In this document: positions 62,666 to 64,000 of the stretch, piece after piece | Numbering within the stretch: the first letter of the stretch is position 1 | Layout: every line of letters begins with the position of its first letter | From: an uncultured delta proteobacterium | Lineage (GTDB): Bacteria > Myxococcota > Myxococcia > Myxococcales > Myxococcaceae | DNA: 64,000 nucleotides | Assembly (NCBI GenBank): GCA_963771175.1 | Contig: CAVYSY010000052.1 | Location: 192,001-256,000 of the forward strand | Direction: 5' to 3' | Notes under the pieces: generated by a model | Told to the model about the DNA's origin: nothing | Seen by the model: only the letters and a program-made list of their open reading frames with translations | The model's database searches: none | Position numbers and translations under genes: made by a program

Positions 62666-64000
62666 ATGATCGAAGCGTCTCGTGGCCGGCGGTGGGCGGT
62701 CCTCGTCCTCGTCCCATTCCTCCTTGGAGCACTCGCCTGGGTGCTCTGGAAGCCCGGCTCGGAGTCCAAGGCTCCCCGGCATACACGTACTCCCCGCGCC
62801 CAGCGGCCCGACGCGGGGCTCCCCGCCAGGCCCCTCCGGCTCGCCCAGGCCGCCTCGCCCGCTCCAGCCGCCCAGCCCGCCGCGGCCCCGGAGCCCTCCG
62901 TCCAGCGAGCGATGCCCGCCCCCTCGCCTCGCGCCCGGAAGCTCCACCTGCTCGGCAAGAAGCTCGGCGCCCACGAGCCCCGGCTGGAGAACCCCTGCCT
63001 GTCGCAGTCGGGCCCGGCCTGCACCCGCTCCGCCCTCACCCCCTTCTTCGAGTCCCTCGACGCGCTCTCCTCCGGCAAGGCCAGCTCGCCCGCCGTCATC
63101 GAGGCGTTCGGCAACTCGCTGATCGCCGGGGACCGCATCGTGGACGTCGTCCGCGAGGAGCTGAGTGCCACCTTCGGGGATGGCGGCCGCGGGGTGCTCT
63201 CCGTGGACCGGCTCGCCGCGTACGGGCCGCGCGCCCGCGCCGGGTTCGCTCGCGGCGGCTGGGAGGCGCGCACCCTGGGCGAGCTGAAGCCCGCCGAGCT
63301 GCCCTTCGGCATCACCGGCACGTACCACGTGTCCACCGCCTCGAGGGCCAGCAGCCGCTTCGCCCTCACCGGCGAGCCGCGCGGCACCCTGTGGTGGTTG
63401 GACGTGCCTCGCGCCGGTCGCCTCTCCCTCCACGTCGATGGCAAGCCGGTCGCCCGCGCCGAGCCCCAGGGCAGCGGTCAGGCCCAGGCGCTCACCGTCG
63501 ACCTCCCCGAGGGCGCGCGCACGCTGGACGTCGTCGCCGAGGGCAAGGGCGCCGTGGTGCTCGGCGTGGTGCTGCAGCACGAGCGCCCGGGCATCGTGCT
63601 CGACACCCTGGGCGTGCCCTCCGCGGATGCCAACCTCTTCCTGCGCGCCCGCGAGGACATCTTCCGCGCGCAGCTCGTCGAGCGCTCGCCCCGCCTGCTC
63701 CTGTTCATCCTCGGCGGCAACGAGGCCAAGCGGCTCGAGTGGGGTCGCTCCAAGCTCCAGGAGGTGGAGGAGGGACTGCGCACCTTCGTCCGCCGCGCGC
63801 GCACCGCCGCGCCCGACAGCGCCTGCCTCGTCGTGGGCCCCATCGATGCCGTCCGCGGGGGCGACGGGCCCCGCAAGCTCACCCAGCGGCCCTACCTCGA
63901 CGAGGTCATCTCCCTCGAGCGGCAGATCGCCCTCGCCGAGGGCTGCGCCTTCTTCGACATCTTCTCGGCCATGGGAGGCTCCGGCTCGCTGGCCCGCTTC
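62666..64000 (+). CDS. Membrane-anchored SGNH/GDSL-family protein; runs off the window
   Basis: Manual translation gives an N-terminal TM segment, FGNSLIAGD...FGDGGRG, DTLGVPSA, ILGGNE and CAFFD...MGG.GS. Confidence 0.8.
   Translation, partial: MIEASRGRRWAVLVLVPFLLGALAWVLWKPGSESKAPRHTRTPRAQRPDAGLPARPLRLAQAASPAPAAQPAAAPEPSVQRAMPAPSPRARKLHLLGKKLGAHEPRLENPCLSQSGPACTRSALTPFFESLDALSSGKASSPAVIEAFGNSLIAGDRIVDVVREELSATFGDGGRGVLSVDRLAAYGPRARAGFARGGWEARTLGELKPAELPFGITGTYHVSTASRASSRFALTGEPRGTLWWLDVPRAGRLSLHVDGKPVARAEPQGSGQAQALTVDLPEGARTLDVVAEGKGAVVLGVVLQHERPGIVLDTLGVPSADANLFLRAREDIFRAQLVERSPRLLLFILGGNEAKRLEWGRSKLQEVEEGLRTFVRRARTAAPDSACLVVGPIDAVRGGDGPRKLTQRPYLDEVISLERQIALAEGCAFFDIFSAMGGSGSLARF

Overview
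High-GC myxobacterial DNA (Archangium/Cystobacter-like gene content). Patches of dense small indels probably reflect long-read consensus error. Ordinary genes include a sugar ABC transporter, cspA, acyl-CoA dehydrogenase, a class II photolyase, a Pat-type acetyltransferase, an MBL-rhodanese fusion and SGNH hydrolases. Three accessory blocks stand out. (1) 10-14 kb: one intact and one deletion-shredded SitA6/SitI6-type lipoprotein toxin-immunity pair. (2) 14-28 kb: an ECF sigma factor, two paralogous kinase/pseudo-cyclase/ATPase/TPR giants, a CHAT (caspase-like) TPR protease and a lipoprotein. (3) 32.7-57.3 kb: an island with Tox-REase-5/Imm52, two long DUF2380 toxin-immunity loci, a pseudokinase-XRE-kinase-DUF2381 module and a five-gene exported copper-oxidase operon. 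The best candidate for an undescribed system is that operon. It encodes a ~1,630-aa secreted Ig/beta-helix protein, three two-domain cupredoxin paralogues whose copper ligands are complementary (suggesting a heterotrimeric oxidase with one active site) and a small lipoprotein. All family names come from motif recognition, not database searches. No rRNA, tRNA, CRISPR array, transposase or integrase was recognised.
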